IMG/VR virus record: IMGVR_UViG_3300005826_000013
Location: 1-49,882 of that record
DNA length: 49,882 bases
Reading direction: 5' to 3' (one strand)
From: a virus
The position numbers and the translations under genes are program-made. Positions 8,969-19,500 of this stretch are shown piece by piece; position 1 is the stretch's first letter, and the number at the start of each line of letters is the position of its first letter. Under the pieces are notes generated by a model, which saw nothing but the letters and a program-made list of their open reading frames with translations, was not told where the DNA came from and searched no databases.

Positions 8969-9243
8969 CGAAGAAAGTCTGTCCTATTGAACCGCTGTTC
9001 GAGAACGTCCTGTGTAAACGTGTCGAGATCGAGGAGAAGCGCGTCGGCATGATCATCGTACCGCAGTCGGCTATCGAGAAGCCGATGGAAGCCGTCGTCG
9101 TGTCGGTTGGCGAGTCGGTCAAGAAGCTGAAAGCCGGTGACGCGATCCTGGTCGGACGCTACGCGGGTGCTGAGCTCTCGTTTCAGAACGAGAAGTACCT
9201 CGTGATTCGAGAGGATGAGGTCTTGGGAATCATCAATGGCTGA
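8965..9243 (+). CDS. groES: GroES/Cpn10 co-chaperonin homologue
   Basis: 92 aa. IEPLFENVLCKRVEIEEKRVGMIIVPQSAIEKPMEAVVVSVG..LKAGDAILV..YAG matches the Cpn10 pattern along its full length. Confidence 0.8.
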   Translation: MTKKVCPIEPLFENVLCKRVEIEEKRVGMIIVPQSAIEKPMEAVVVSVGESVKKLKAGDAILVGRYAGAELSFQNEKYLVIREDEVLGIING

Positions 9244-9418
9244 GAAGACTACGATTCGCATTCAGCCTACAGAGTACAAGCTAGGCTATCGCATTACCTC
9301 TGGATACTACGCTGATGATCCATCAGCCCTAGAGGAGGTTTCAATAGGTAAGGTGATCAAGATTATGAAGGCTCTTGAGGCCCGTGAGACGGAGTTCGGT
9401 CGATGGACGATAAGCTGA
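9236..9418 (+). CDS. Hypothetical protein (60 aa)
   Basis: ATG at 9236 overlaps the end of groES (frame of ORF 9215..9418). Confidence 0.45.
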   Translation: MAEKTTIRIQPTEYKLGYRITSGYYADDPSALEEVSIGKVIKIMKALEARETEFGRWTIS

Positions 9419-9585
9419 AGGAGCCGAAGAGCGTAGTAGACTACGACGACCTTCTACTTCCCGCTCTGAAGGAGATTTTCTTCTCAGTCATCAGCACTCC
9501 GTGGAAGGAGGGGAAGTCGTGTGTAGAGGAGTGGAAGTCGTTGAAGTCGTTGAAGTCCACGTTTGGTCGGTGGGACGTCACTTAG
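9403..9585 (+). CDS. Hypothetical protein (60 aa), last gene of the plus arm
   Basis: ORF track. Contains a 9-bp tandem repeat coding KSLKSLKS. Its 3' end overlaps the convergent minus-strand gene by 8 nt. Confidence 0.45.
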   Translation: MDDKLKEPKSVVDYDDLLLPALKEIFFSVISTPWKEGKSCVEEWKSLKSLKSTFGRWDVT

Positions 9586-9823
9586 GTAGCTCCCCCTCCT
9601 TGTTGAGGATGCTCACGACGCCGTCGACGACGTTGCCGACTGTCTCTGCGAGCTTGTCTTCGTCGACGAGCTCCTTGCCAGTCGCGGCTTCGGCCACCCG
9701 CACACCCGGTACAATCAGTTTGATCGCAGCGTCGCGCTTCTCTTTGCCTCGTCCCTTGCCGAAGACACCTTCCACCACAGGCACAATCTGTAGCACGAGT
9801 TTGAAAATCGTCATCCAATTCAT
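9578..9823 (-). CDS. Holin candidate (single N-terminal TM, LL-H-like layout)
   Basis: 81 aa. MNWMTIFKLVLQIVPVVEGVF TM followed by a charged tail. Strong AAGGAGG RBS. Lies directly downstream of the amidase. Confidence 0.5.
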   Translation of the reverse strand: MNWMTIFKLVLQIVPVVEGVFGKGRGKEKRDAAIKLIVPGVRVAEAATGKELVDEDKLAETVGNVVDGVVSILNKEGELPK

Positions 9824-9824
9824 C

Positions 9825-10283
9825 TTAGCCTCCTTGTATCAACTGCTCCCGGAACCAATCCATGTCGAGGTCAGGGCACGTCTTCTTTGCGCCCGTCTCA
9901 TAATGTCCAATGACGTTCTTGAACGGAACTTGAAATTTCATCGCTAGCTCGCGGCAGTGAAGCACCGCAGTCTGGATTTGCGCTCCGGTGAACGTCCCCC
10001 GTCGTCCGACGAGACAAATCCCAATCGACTTCTCGTTCCAGCCAAGCGCATGAGCTCCAACTTCCTCGATCGGTCGACCAATACCCAAAACACCGTCAGA
10101 CTTCGGCTCGGGACTGCCATCATGCAGCGACTCGAACGTCGGGTAGGCGTTGAGGATCAGGAAGTGATAGCCGATGTCTCGAAACGGCGGCTTGCGGATG
10201 TACTTGTGGTAGCGTCGAACCGATTCGACGTTGTCGGCGGTGCTGTCGGTGCAGTGGAGAATAAGGTGAGTGATGTCTCTCAT
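9825..10283 (-). CDS. N-acetylmuramoyl-L-alanine amidase (T7 lysozyme / PGRP-type endolysin)
   Basis: LILHCT, DIGYHFLI, GAHALGWNEKSIGICLVG and KKTCPDLD match the Amidase_2 zinc-site motifs. Confidence 0.9.
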   Translation of the reverse strand: MRDITHLILHCTDSTADNVESVRRYHKYIRKPPFRDIGYHFLILNAYPTFESLHDGSPEPKSDGVLGIGRPIEEVGAHALGWNEKSIGICLVGRRGTFTGAQIQTAVLHCRELAMKFQVPFKNVIGHYETGAKKTCPDLDMDWFREQLIQGG

Positions 10284-10537
10284 GGCGATCGCCCCTCCAG
10301 ACGCTCTAGTCTCCGATCGATCGACGTTAGCGTGTCGTCAATACGCTTGTTGAGGCGAGTTTCGAGCTCCCGTCGAGCTTGCTGGCTCTGTTCTTCGACC
10401 CGCGTAGCCTCTTGTCTTCCAAGGTAGTCACCTCGGATTACTCCGGCAATTCCCGTCACGACAACTCCGGCAAGAAACATACACGTTGCAAGTAGCACTG
10501 TCACAAGCCGACTTCCGTTTCCGCTCTCCATCATCAA
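10280..10537 (-). CDS. Small membrane-anchored coiled-coil protein (i-spanin-like)
   Basis: 85 aa. TM LVTVLLATCMFLAGVVVTGIAGVI followed by a charged helical segment. ATGA-coupled to the amidase. Confidence 0.55.
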   Translation of the reverse strand: MMMESGNGSRLVTVLLATCMFLAGVVVTGIAGVIRGDYLGRQEATRVEEQSQQARRELETRLNKRIDDTLTSIDRRLERLEGRSP

Positions 10538-10878
10538 CTCGCCTCACGCTTCCTTCGGTTGAACTCGATGATGAAGGGAGCTACGTCACGCTCCCAGAAC
10601 ATTGAGAAAGCAGCACGAGGAACACGCGAACGGTCGCTCCAGAGCTCGTGAGGCTGAAGCCAGAGACCGTCTACAGCCGTCCGGTCGCTCCGTAGCTTGA
10701 CGAACTCGCGGAGCGTCTTGAGGAGATTGAATGCTTTCGCCGAGTCTGCGACCGACTCTAACAACACTCGGTCTCCAGCTCCGATCGCGATCTCGTAGGA
10801 CGAAGTTGGGAAGGGAGTCCGCTTGAAGGGCTCGGATTTAATCGAGTTCCAGAGCGGTAGGAAGCGGTCGGCGGTCAC
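10534..10878 (-). CDS. Hypothetical protein (114 aa)
   Basis: ORF track. Start and stop overlaps with both neighbours. Confidence 0.5.
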   Translation of the reverse strand: MTADRFLPLWNSIKSEPFKRTPFPTSSYEIAIGAGDRVLLESVADSAKAFNLLKTLREFVKLRSDRTAVDGLWLQPHELWSDRSRVPRAAFSMFWERDVAPFIIEFNRRKREAS

Positions 10879-11288
10879 GGCACCACAGTTGCGACGAGTG
10901 ACGTCTGAAGATTTGACGCCGAGACAATCACACTCGTGACGCCGGTCGCCACTCCCTCGAACTGGATGATCCGTCCGTCAATCTCGACGAGGCGAAGAAC
11001 GCCTTGGTCTGAGATGTTGACGCTGAGATTCTCGCTCGGAACCTCGACACCGTTAGCGTTCGTTACAACGACCTGAACATTCGCCGACTCTCCGACTGCG
11101 ATCTGGAGGCTGGCAGGACTCAGAGCGATCGTTCCGACAGCGCCAGGGGGTGTGTCAACTGTCGTGGAGGTGTCAATAGCTGGATTGGTCACCGAGACGT
11201 CGACGCTCGACGGATTCAAGAACTGGTTCACTTCGGTACACGACGCTACCAGAGCAACTCCGCATAGCGCCATCAGTAGATCCTTCAT
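10875..11288 (-). CDS. Lipoprotein with a bacterial Ig-like (Big_2) domain
   Basis: Start MKDLLMALCGVALVASC (lipobox LVASC) preceded by AAGGAG. The C-terminal 80 aa fit the Big_2 pattern (LQIAVGESANVQV..GVATGVTSVIVSA). Confidence 0.7.
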   Translation of the reverse strand: MKDLLMALCGVALVASCTEVNQFLNPSSVDVSVTNPAIDTSTTVDTPPGAVGTIALSPASLQIAVGESANVQVVVTNANGVEVPSENLSVNISDQGVLRLVEIDGRIIQFEGVATGVTSVIVSASNLQTSLVATVVP

Positions 11289-11309
11289 CTTCGGACTCCT
11301 TTGGTGGGA

Positions 11310-11339
11310 GGGGCTGAGGGCTCTCACACCCTCAACCCC
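11310..11339 (-). other. GC-rich hairpin between gene 11419..11763 and the lipoprotein gene
   Basis: GGGGCTGAGGG / CCCTCAACCCC arms (one mismatch) around an 8-nt loop. No U-tract, so terminator function is uncertain. Confidence 0.35.
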
Positions 11340-11418
11340 GTCTGGCAGGTGGTCAGACCGCGCCCACGACCTAAATCACACAAATGGAGGTACGAGTGGC
11401 TACGGGCGCAGTGGCGGG

Positions 11419-11763
11419 TCAAAGAGAGCCTCCGTTGGTTGGTAGGTTTTCAAGGGATTTGGCAGCAGCAGCTTCGCGCTGAGCCTGCCAGCGAAGAAAT
11501 GCCTGCCAAGCCTGGGACAACTGCGTAGCAAGAGCAGCAGGTGTCGGAGTCGGCGTGAGGGCCGTCCGATCGAAGCACAACAGAGCGATCGACTCAGTAC
11601 CTTCGTACTCAGCGTCTCGCTGGACCTTACCTTGGGCGAGAAGCTTATCAGCCTCTTCGGCACTCGGCGCAATCGCGACGAAAGCCTCGACTTGGACGTT
11701 TACACGCAGGAGCCTATAATGCTTCAAGGCCCCACCATTCGTTGGGATCGTATTTTCAGCCAT
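11419..11763 (-). CDS. Hypothetical protein (114 aa)
   Basis: ORF track. No SD sequence. The ATG is preceded by the conserved promoter/operator element at 11764..11798. Confidence 0.6.
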   Translation of the reverse strand: MAENTIPTNGGALKHYRLLRVNVQVEAFVAIAPSAEEADKLLAQGKVQRDAEYEGTESIALLCFDRTALTPTPTPAALATQLSQAWQAFLRWQAQREAAAAKSLENLPTNGGSL

Positions 11764-11798
11764 GCTTAGATCCTACTACACCATATTGTGGTCGTCAA
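11764..11798 (-). promoter_or_regulatory. Conserved promoter/operator element, copy B (upstream of the lysis-proximal genes)
   Basis: Minus strand reads TTGACgaccacaatatggtgtagTAGGATctaagcATG. A 26-nt core matches 40344..40369 at 23/26, and the CTTAGA just before the ATG is also shared. Confidence 0.55.
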
Positions 11799-13702
11799 CG
11801 TCTGCGGCGGGTTGCAAGGCTCGGATCTGTGAGATTGAAGCCTAGTCCCAGCAGCATCGCCGACGTCGGGTCTTCTTCAGCCATCGCCTGGAAAAGGTTC
11901 GTGGTCTGACCGCCAAACGGGTTAAACACGCCGCCCATGAAGCCTGCGGTCGAGTTGCCGAAGACCTTCCGAAGCTTCGCCGTCGCTTCACGTCGCTCGA
12001 ACTCGTTCGTCGAGACGCCGAGCGTCGAAACGTCGCGAAATGTCTGGAACCAAGGCCCGCCTTCGAACGTCAGCGGGTTGGAGAACAGCCACGTCGACGT
12101 GTCGACTCCCGTCGACTTCGACAGTCCAATGAGTCCTAGTTGAAGAGCGGCCCAGCGAGTCCCAAATCTTGTCACCCACCTCGCATCTCGCGCTCCCACC
12201 GTGTTTTCGAGCATGTACTCTGCGAAGGAGACCGGAAACATTCCGAACTGCCCCGCCATCCGCCCGATCGTTCCTCGAAACATCATCGGAGCGTTGGCTT
12301 GAGTGTAAAGGAACTGAGTGTCGGCGGCGAGGATCTTGCCATACTCGGTCGCAGCCTTCCCAACATTCGGCGTCTCACCCAGCAGCAAGGCTTGGATCTT
12401 GCTCTGCTCGACCGTCGGCGATCCCTTGAGCCCAGTCTCGAAGAGAAACTCCTCCCACGACAACTTCCCTTCCAACAGCTTAGGGGCGTGTCGCTCGATT
12501 GCAGACTCGCCCATTCCGAAGGCTGCGAAGCGATTCATCTTGTCGCCCCAGCGGTACGGCAGAAGTCCTGCTTGCTGAGCCTTGAGAACAGCTCGTCCCG
12601 TTCGCGAAGCTATAAGACTCTCACCTGACTCCACGAGCATCACGGGAGCTCCGGCTTCGAGCGGAATGTTCAGGGCGCTAGCGGCTTTTCTACGAAATGC
12701 CTCACCAACTTCCCCTCGGGCGTATGCCTTTTTGAAGCCCTCTCCCATCGTCGACCATCCGACCTTCATCCCGCCGAGTACCGGTTGCATCAACTGTCTC
12801 ATAACGAGAGCAGGATTGAATGCCATTGCGAAGCCGCCGAAGTACGACGTCGCATTGTCGACCATCCGAATGATCGTGTCGTCGTCGAGGATCTTCGAAG
12901 CAGCTAGACGCTTCGCTCCAGGAATCTTTCCCTGTTCTCCAAGGTGGTCTAGCAAGCCTCGCATGAGGTAGGAGGCATTCTGCACGATCTGATCGCTGTT
13001 GCTCAGGCGAGCGTTGACGAAGTCGTCGGTGAACTCTCGCGCCGTCGTGATGTCTTGCTTCGAGACCGTCTTGAGTCCCTGCCACGAGGCCGACAACTTC
13101 CGCGCTTCTGCTACCGCAGGTCTCACATGCCGGACACGAGAGACTGCGTTGATCAAGTCCCAGCCAAGCGCGTAGGCGTTGTTCTGGTTGACTCGAAGAC
13201 TCCCAAGATCGATCTCGTCGAGTAGACCACGAAACGACGCTGGCCGAAGGTTGTTAGGATCGAGACGCGAGACATCCCCACCAACTTCTCGAAGCTTCGG
13301 GAGGTCTTTTCTCAAGAATCTCGTCGCTTGCTCCGGCGTCATGCCGACGTGGCTCAGCGTCTCAACCATGAAGTCGGAGAACGCTTCCGCCGCTTTCGCG
13401 TGCTTTGGATTGGTGAAGCCTACGGCGCTCGCAGTTTCAGGACTCATTGCGTGTGCGAGAATACCTTCGGTGTCTGTCGCGTGGAACTTCCCCAAGATCC
13501 CGTTCAACCGCTTGTGCAGGATGTCTCGGAGTGCCTTCGATCGAGCGTCAGCTTCGAGTACAGGCTCCAGCACTCGCGTGTAAACAGGCAGATCGGGCAG
13601 CGCACTCTCGATCTTTCGAGCGATGTTGCGCTGAGTCCCTAACGCGCGCTGAAACCCCGAGACCACTTTGCGGACGATTGGCGCAGCCGTGTCACATCTC
13701 AT
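11795..13702 (-). CDS. Large virion-internal/ejection-type protein (635 aa)
   Basis: Third of three consecutive very large ORFs after the tubular-tail-like genes, as in T7 gp14-16. No catalytic motif recognised. Confidence 0.55.
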   Translation of the reverse strand: MRCDTAAPIVRKVVSGFQRALGTQRNIARKIESALPDLPVYTRVLEPVLEADARSKALRDILHKRLNGILGKFHATDTEGILAHAMSPETASAVGFTNPKHAKAAEAFSDFMVETLSHVGMTPEQATRFLRKDLPKLREVGGDVSRLDPNNLRPASFRGLLDEIDLGSLRVNQNNAYALGWDLINAVSRVRHVRPAVAEARKLSASWQGLKTVSKQDITTAREFTDDFVNARLSNSDQIVQNASYLMRGLLDHLGEQGKIPGAKRLAASKILDDDTIIRMVDNATSYFGGFAMAFNPALVMRQLMQPVLGGMKVGWSTMGEGFKKAYARGEVGEAFRRKAASALNIPLEAGAPVMLVESGESLIASRTGRAVLKAQQAGLLPYRWGDKMNRFAAFGMGESAIERHAPKLLEGKLSWEEFLFETGLKGSPTVEQSKIQALLLGETPNVGKAATEYGKILAADTQFLYTQANAPMMFRGTIGRMAGQFGMFPVSFAEYMLENTVGARDARWVTRFGTRWAALQLGLIGLSKSTGVDTSTWLFSNPLTFEGGPWFQTFRDVSTLGVSTNEFERREATAKLRKVFGNSTAGFMGGVFNPFGGQTTNLFQAMAEEDPTSAMLLGLGFNLTDPSLATRRRR

Positions 13703-16554
13703 GGCTCTGTAGGCCCTTTCTGCACGTCTTCTACCAGCTTAGCCTGCATCTTCTTCATGTTGTCGATGCTTCCACCATAGTCTTCGGGAGCTGTAGGACA
13801 CGATGGAGGAGCTTGCTCAGTCGCTAGTCCTCCGATGTTGCCCGGTCCCGGCACACGAGGCACCGAAGGAGGCATCAACTCGGGAGCAGCGTCGAGGAGC
13901 CTGGGAGCGTTCCGAACAAGCTCCTCCGCTTCTGCAAGGCTCGTGATTCCTGGAATCGTCTCACCCGTTGCCTGGTTCGTCACTCTCAAAGCTTTGCCGT
14001 CGAAATCGACAACAATACCTCTCGGGTATGCCAAGGCTCGTAGCTGTGCGAGGTTTTCTGGAGGCGTTCCATTTTCCAAGGCTCGCAAGAAGTCGAGAGC
14101 TTCGCCAGGACTCTTGAAGGTTCTACCGAGGTTCTGTCCGTTGATTGTTCCATACGTTGACTTTCCGCTCCAGTCGAGAGCGACTCCAAAATCACTCGCA
14201 TCTGCCGCCAAGCTACTCTCCGGAGAGCTGCGAGGTCTCTCTGCTCCCACCATCTTCGCGATACGTTTCTGCTCTGCTACAAGATCCTTCAAGCTCTTAA
14301 CGAACTCGTCTCCACGCTGGTAGTGCGTCGGCAGCTCTTCGACGAAGCTATCAAGACGCTCTGGCGACAACGACGACAACTCCTGTCGCGCTGTCTTCAG
14401 AGCCTCTTCGTTGCTTGCGAATGTGACGTCGGGAGACGAGAGGATCTTCTCTTGAGCTTTTAGCAGCCTGTTTGCCTCCCGAAAGTCCAGCGGCTTCTGC
14501 TTCTCCGATCGCGCCTCAGCCCACAACTGCTCTAGCTGCGCAGCCTTCGTGCCTTGACCTTGAGCTCGCATGTCTTGGATCGCCTTCTCGCGCAACGCGC
14601 GACTAACAAACGGCGACGTAGGATCGGCCTGAATCAAGTCGACGCCTCGAAGCTGCGGTGGCTGAATGTTCGCAGTCGGAGCATTCGCTGGTACGTAGCT
14701 GTACCGCTTCTCTGCCAACGCTCGCTGAATCGTCTTCGTTGCCGGAGCCTCTGTGCCATTGACCTCGACAGACTTCGTCAAGCTAGCACTCAGCTTCGTC
14801 TCGTCGACCGTCGACAACAGCTTGACCCGCGCTGCCTCCGCCTCTAACTCTGCTTTCAGTGCATCGGCTCCACCGACGTTCGCACCGAAGTCAAACGACG
14901 TCGCAGCGTCTTCTTCAAGCTTTTGAAGCTCCAGCATCTTCGCCCACTCTTCAGCCGCTGTTGCGTCAGTCAGACTTTCCTCCGAGAACTGCCGCAGCTT
15001 CGAGTACACGCGACCAGCCTCTGTGCCTTCTTTCTTCGAGAAGATGTCTTTCTCTAGCATCCGTAGAAACTCGTCGATGCCTCGGTCTTCGGGGATGTCA
15101 AATCCATCCTCACGAAGCGCCACGATCATTTCCTCGATGCTCTTCCCTTTCTTAGAGACCAGTGGTTTACCTGTAAGTCTTCCGGCTTGTCGTACTCGCT
15201 CGCCTTTCTTGTTGAGCCGCGTACCTTCTGTTCTTCGGGTGTCGAGAGATCGAATCTCCTCCTTGATAGGAGAGTTTGCGTCGATCTTGATCCCGCCTTT
15301 CATCAGAACAGCGTCGTGTATCGAGTGATACTCAGGATCGAAGCCTTTGCCTTTGGGCGGTTTCTTGCGAGCTGTTGGCTTCCAGCCCTTCGATAGCACG
15401 TCCGTCAGCTCGCCCGACAGCGTCTTGGACTCGCCAAACAACGGACCTTCGAACGGAAGAACTTTCTGAGTCTTCTTTGGCTTGCGACGAGCCCGACGAG
15501 GCGGAGGTTCAGGCGGAGGAGTGAGTGTAAACGCAGCTTCTTCGATCAGCTCGACTTGAGACTTCGGGCGTAGTGCGTTCTCAATCGCGAAGCCTCGGAT
15601 GGGATCTTCGGCAAACTCAGGGCGTGGCGTCGACTTGAATTCCGGTCGCTTCGAGCGCTCAAACGCTGCTTGCGCAGCTTCAGCCGCAGCCTTGATCGGG
15701 TGTTTGCCCGGTGTCGGTGTCAGAGGCGGTTCGAACGGCCCTCGTTTAAACAAGTCATACGTCGAGATGCTTGCAGGAGCCTCGTTGAACGCTGGGCGAG
15801 GTGTCGAAGGAAAGTCGGGAGCAAGATTGCGAAGCCTCTGAGCTTGTCCGAGCTTGACGATCGCTGCGACATCTGGGTCCGCACCTTCAAACACCGTCGC
15901 CGCCTGCTCACTCTTCGCGGCTTCACCTGTCACCCGATGTCCTTCCATCGGACCAAACAGCAACGCGATAGCTCCCGCCGTCCCAGCCTGAGACAGCGAC
16001 GATCCCAAGGCTAGCTCAGATGCTGCAACGACGGGAGCTAGAGCAAGACGAGGTAGCGGGAGAGAGAATGCAGCTCCCGACACGATGCTGCGCAGCGCGT
16101 CTTTAGGTTGTAGCTCCTGTTGCAACACTTGGCGCAAGACCTCTGGAGCACCGAAAGTTGTCGCACCGCGCAGCAATCGCGCCGATAGATCCGCACCTCG
16201 AAACAGCTTACCCGCGACAGAAGCTGCGCCAATATACGGAACGAACGAGCCGCCTATCTCTCCCGCTACCTCCAAAGCAGAGCGCAAATGCGTTGGTGGA
16301 GCAATCGAGCCTAGCCCTGCTGCAATCTCTTGCGTTGGATCGAGCAATCCAAAGCTCAAACCCTTGGTAGCGCCACCGAGGGCGGTTAGTGGACCTGTGA
16401 AAGGAAGACTTGCGCCTTGAGCGAGCGAGAGCGTCGAGAGCTCGTCTAGGAACTGCTCACCGTATGACTTCTTGCGGGGCGGTTGCGAGAGAATCGACGC
16501 CGCCAGAGGCGAGGGACTAGCTTGTCCCCACGGAGTCAAGAACGGCGAAGCCAC
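13699..16554 (-). CDS. Large virion-internal/ejection-type protein (951 aa)
   Basis: ORF track. Charged, helix-rich composition. Call rests on position. Confidence 0.55.
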   Translation of the reverse strand: MASPFLTPWGQASPSPLAASILSQPPRKKSYGEQFLDELSTLSLAQGASLPFTGPLTALGGATKGLSFGLLDPTQEIAAGLGSIAPPTHLRSALEVAGEIGGSFVPYIGAASVAGKLFRGADLSARLLRGATTFGAPEVLRQVLQQELQPKDALRSIVSGAAFSLPLPRLALAPVVAASELALGSSLSQAGTAGAIALLFGPMEGHRVTGEAAKSEQAATVFEGADPDVAAIVKLGQAQRLRNLAPDFPSTPRPAFNEAPASISTYDLFKRGPFEPPLTPTPGKHPIKAAAEAAQAAFERSKRPEFKSTPRPEFAEDPIRGFAIENALRPKSQVELIEEAAFTLTPPPEPPPRRARRKPKKTQKVLPFEGPLFGESKTLSGELTDVLSKGWKPTARKKPPKGKGFDPEYHSIHDAVLMKGGIKIDANSPIKEEIRSLDTRRTEGTRLNKKGERVRQAGRLTGKPLVSKKGKSIEEMIVALREDGFDIPEDRGIDEFLRMLEKDIFSKKEGTEAGRVYSKLRQFSEESLTDATAAEEWAKMLELQKLEEDAATSFDFGANVGGADALKAELEAEAARVKLLSTVDETKLSASLTKSVEVNGTEAPATKTIQRALAEKRYSYVPANAPTANIQPPQLRGVDLIQADPTSPFVSRALREKAIQDMRAQGQGTKAAQLEQLWAEARSEKQKPLDFREANRLLKAQEKILSSPDVTFASNEEALKTARQELSSLSPERLDSFVEELPTHYQRGDEFVKSLKDLVAEQKRIAKMVGAERPRSSPESSLAADASDFGVALDWSGKSTYGTINGQNLGRTFKSPGEALDFLRALENGTPPENLAQLRALAYPRGIVVDFDGKALRVTNQATGETIPGITSLAEAEELVRNAPRLLDAAPELMPPSVPRVPGPGNIGGLATEQAPPSCPTAPEDYGGSIDNMKKMQAKLVEDVQKGPTEP

Positions 16555-16556
16555 TT

Positions 16557-19500
16557 CTACGACACTCCCAAATACTGTTGAAGATACGCCGCTGCTTCAG
16601 GTGTCATTGTCGACGGAGCTACAGGCTGTCCACCCGAAGCGTCAGCGGGAGGCGCAGTCGGAGTTAGCTCGTAATCGGGAGCTCCGAACAGTCGCCGGAA
16701 CCATCCGTTCTCTTGGATGTTGAGACCGCGAGACTTCAGAATCTCGTTCAAGATTGCCTCGCCCATCGCAGCTCCACGCTCTGTCTTAGCCAAGCCCGAC
16801 GCCTCGAACGTATTGAGCAACTGAGCCAGCATAGGGTCGTTCGCTGCTGCCTCCTGAAGCACCTTGGCGTAAGCCGCTTCCGCCGTCGTCTGCTGTGCCG
16901 CAGCTCGCAACCTCGAAGCCGTCGCCTCGTTTAACATCGCCTCAGCCTTCGTCGCTTCGACTTCAGCCAGCCGCTCTGCAATCTTCCGCTGCGCTCCAGC
17001 CTCGACCTGCTTCACCATCGAGTCGATGTCTTGCTGAGCCCGCTGAGCCGCATTCTCAAGCCGCGCTCGCTTCGCAGGCGAGCCAACAGGATCCGCCGCT
17101 AGCGCCGAGTTGATCAAGTCGCGTCGTTGCATCGCGTAATCCAGCGCCTCTTGCTGGCGCTGCTCAACCGATCTCGGCTGAGCCGACGGCACCGTCGTCG
17201 ACATAGCTGAGAACGAACCCTTACCAGCCTGCGGGGTAATCCGCCCGAACCCCGCGTCCCCAGCCTGCGTCAAGTGCTTCGAACTCATACTGACTTCGCC
17301 AGGTCCACGAGCCTTCTCTATAGATGCAGGTGAGCCCGCCGAAGGCATGTCGACCGGTCCCACAGGAGGCTTGAATTGCTCCGCACTGAACTGCTCTCTC
17401 GCGTTGGGCAGACTCTTTGGGGGCTCGAACGAGTAGAAGTCTTCGGGCACTCCTGGAGCTGCCTCGCGAGGAGGAGGCGTCCCCGCTTCCATCGACCAAG
17501 GCGCTTGGCCCGTCCACTCAGGCAGAGCCTTCCCTGCTCGTGGCTGCTCAGGAAACAGTGATGCCAACCACTCCAAGAACCCAGGGCGTGTATCAGCTCT
17601 TCCGCCCTCCGCAGCCACGAACTCACCGTGATCGTCCGAGTAGTCCAACGGCTTCCGATAGAGGCTCTGAAGATCACCGATCAAGCCGCCGTGGGGTCCA
17701 ACCGGCTTCGCCATGTCGATTCGCCGCGCAAGCTCTGGCGTCACAACGAGCTCTTCGGCTCGAAGCATCGCAGGAATGCGGTCGGTGCCGTCGTCAACTC
17801 CCGGCGCAACCCCTCCACCATCGTCGTAGAATTGCCGTCTCGGCGTCATCAAGCCAGGGCTCAGCACACCTTCTTCGAAGGGCATCGGCGGGGCGAATAC
17901 GCCGCCTGGAGCCAAGTCTTGTGGCTGCCCACCTTCGGCTCCGTATTGCCTCGGAGCGCCAGCGTAAGCCATCTCGACAGCACGATCTTGGGCTATCTGG
18001 TCTTGGTTGAAGCCGTGCTTCGCAGAGCTACCGGGTCGACCAATCGTAGCGAGCCGCCCAGTCTGCATCAACCCCTCGTGAACCCGCTGCGGTCCCATCC
18101 ACTGCAACCACGCATCGAGAGCTCGCGGGTCAGTCTGCCCGATAGGCGCGACGCCCTTCCCAGCGACCGAGAGATAATCCCTCAACCCTCTCGGGTCCAA
18201 GGACGGTGCGGGCCTCCCTTGTGACTGAGTCATCGGCTGGTTGTAATCGCGAACCGGTTCAGGTCCGAGTCGCGATCCATACGACGAGGGCTCTCGATAA
18301 CGGCTTGGTTCGGGCTGAGCATCGGGGCGTGTAAACGTCTTGCCGTACACCAGATTCGATAGGTAATCGCCGTAGTCTACGCGACCGCCTTTGGCGTAGC
18401 CAAACTTGCTGTAATAAGGGTCTGTTCTTCTAGCGGAGGTCGATCCCAAGATTCCACCACTAGCAGGCTTCTGCGGCATCGGTGTCTGTACGACCTGGTT
18501 GACTTGCGGAGACAGCGTGCCGAAGATGTTGCCCGTCGCTCCAGCTTTAGCTGTCTGACCCTGAAGGTTCAGACCCGCCGACGTCCCGGCTGCACCTGCC
18601 GCACTCTGCAACCCCGAGAGCTGTTGGCCTGACTGTCCGAGCGAGCCTTCGAGCGCTCCTTGCGTCGCACCAAGCCTCTGCGCTGACCCACCGAGCTCGG
18701 TAGACAACGCACCTTGCCGCCGTCCTGCCGCCGCTTCTTTCGCTGCGACACCGGCTTCAAGCCCCTGTGCCGCCACGCCGCCCGCCAACCTCGACCGCTC
18801 ACGTGCAAGCGCAGCTTCACGAGCCGTCGACGACCCGAGCCCCAACGCCGCATATTTCTCGTTTAGCTTGTCCGACAATCCAGAGAACTCGTTCTGAGCT
18901 CGAATTGAAGCGGCTTGGGTGATCGGATCGACGTTGGTCTCCAGTCCGCTCGTCAAGAGCTGGTTCTGCGTCGTTGCGGCTGCACCCGTTAGTGGATTGA
19001 AACCTCGCAGCGCATTGATGTCTTGGCCTCCGCCCGGTGTAAACCCAGCGAGATTGCCTGCATACTTATCAAGTGCTCCCGTGTTTGCTTTGATGCCCGT
19101 CGCAGCTCCTAGCGTCGTATCATAAAGAGGTTGGTCAGGAGGCGTCATCTGACCAGGTCGTCCAAGCTGCGTGATTCCAGGAATTCCACCAACCGCGAAG
19201 CGCTGACGCTCCCCAGTCTTCGCCATCTCCTTGCCGCCCATCTCAAGAGCAGATGTCTCGAAAGGGTTGTCAAGGTACGGATCCTTGCCTCGCGCCGACT
19301 GTACCATCGAAGCAATAGCGGCGAACGCTGGAAGCAGTGGCCCAAAATAGCTGCCCTGAGCGACGTGGCCGAGCTCATGTTGAGGAACAGCAGTGTCTCT
19401 CCATCTACCTTGCGGCAGCAACATCACTTCTCCGAGAGTCTGGGGATCGATCGTTCCCGACTTGTCGGGATACTCTGCAATGATCGAGTCGCCTGGTCCA

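Noticed and set aside
9513-9557. Short tandem repeat GAAGTCGTT, about 2.7 copies. Checked as a possible CRISPR or VNTR element.
   Set aside because: It has only about three contiguous units with no spacers, and it is in frame inside ORF 9403..9585 (coding KSLKSLKS).
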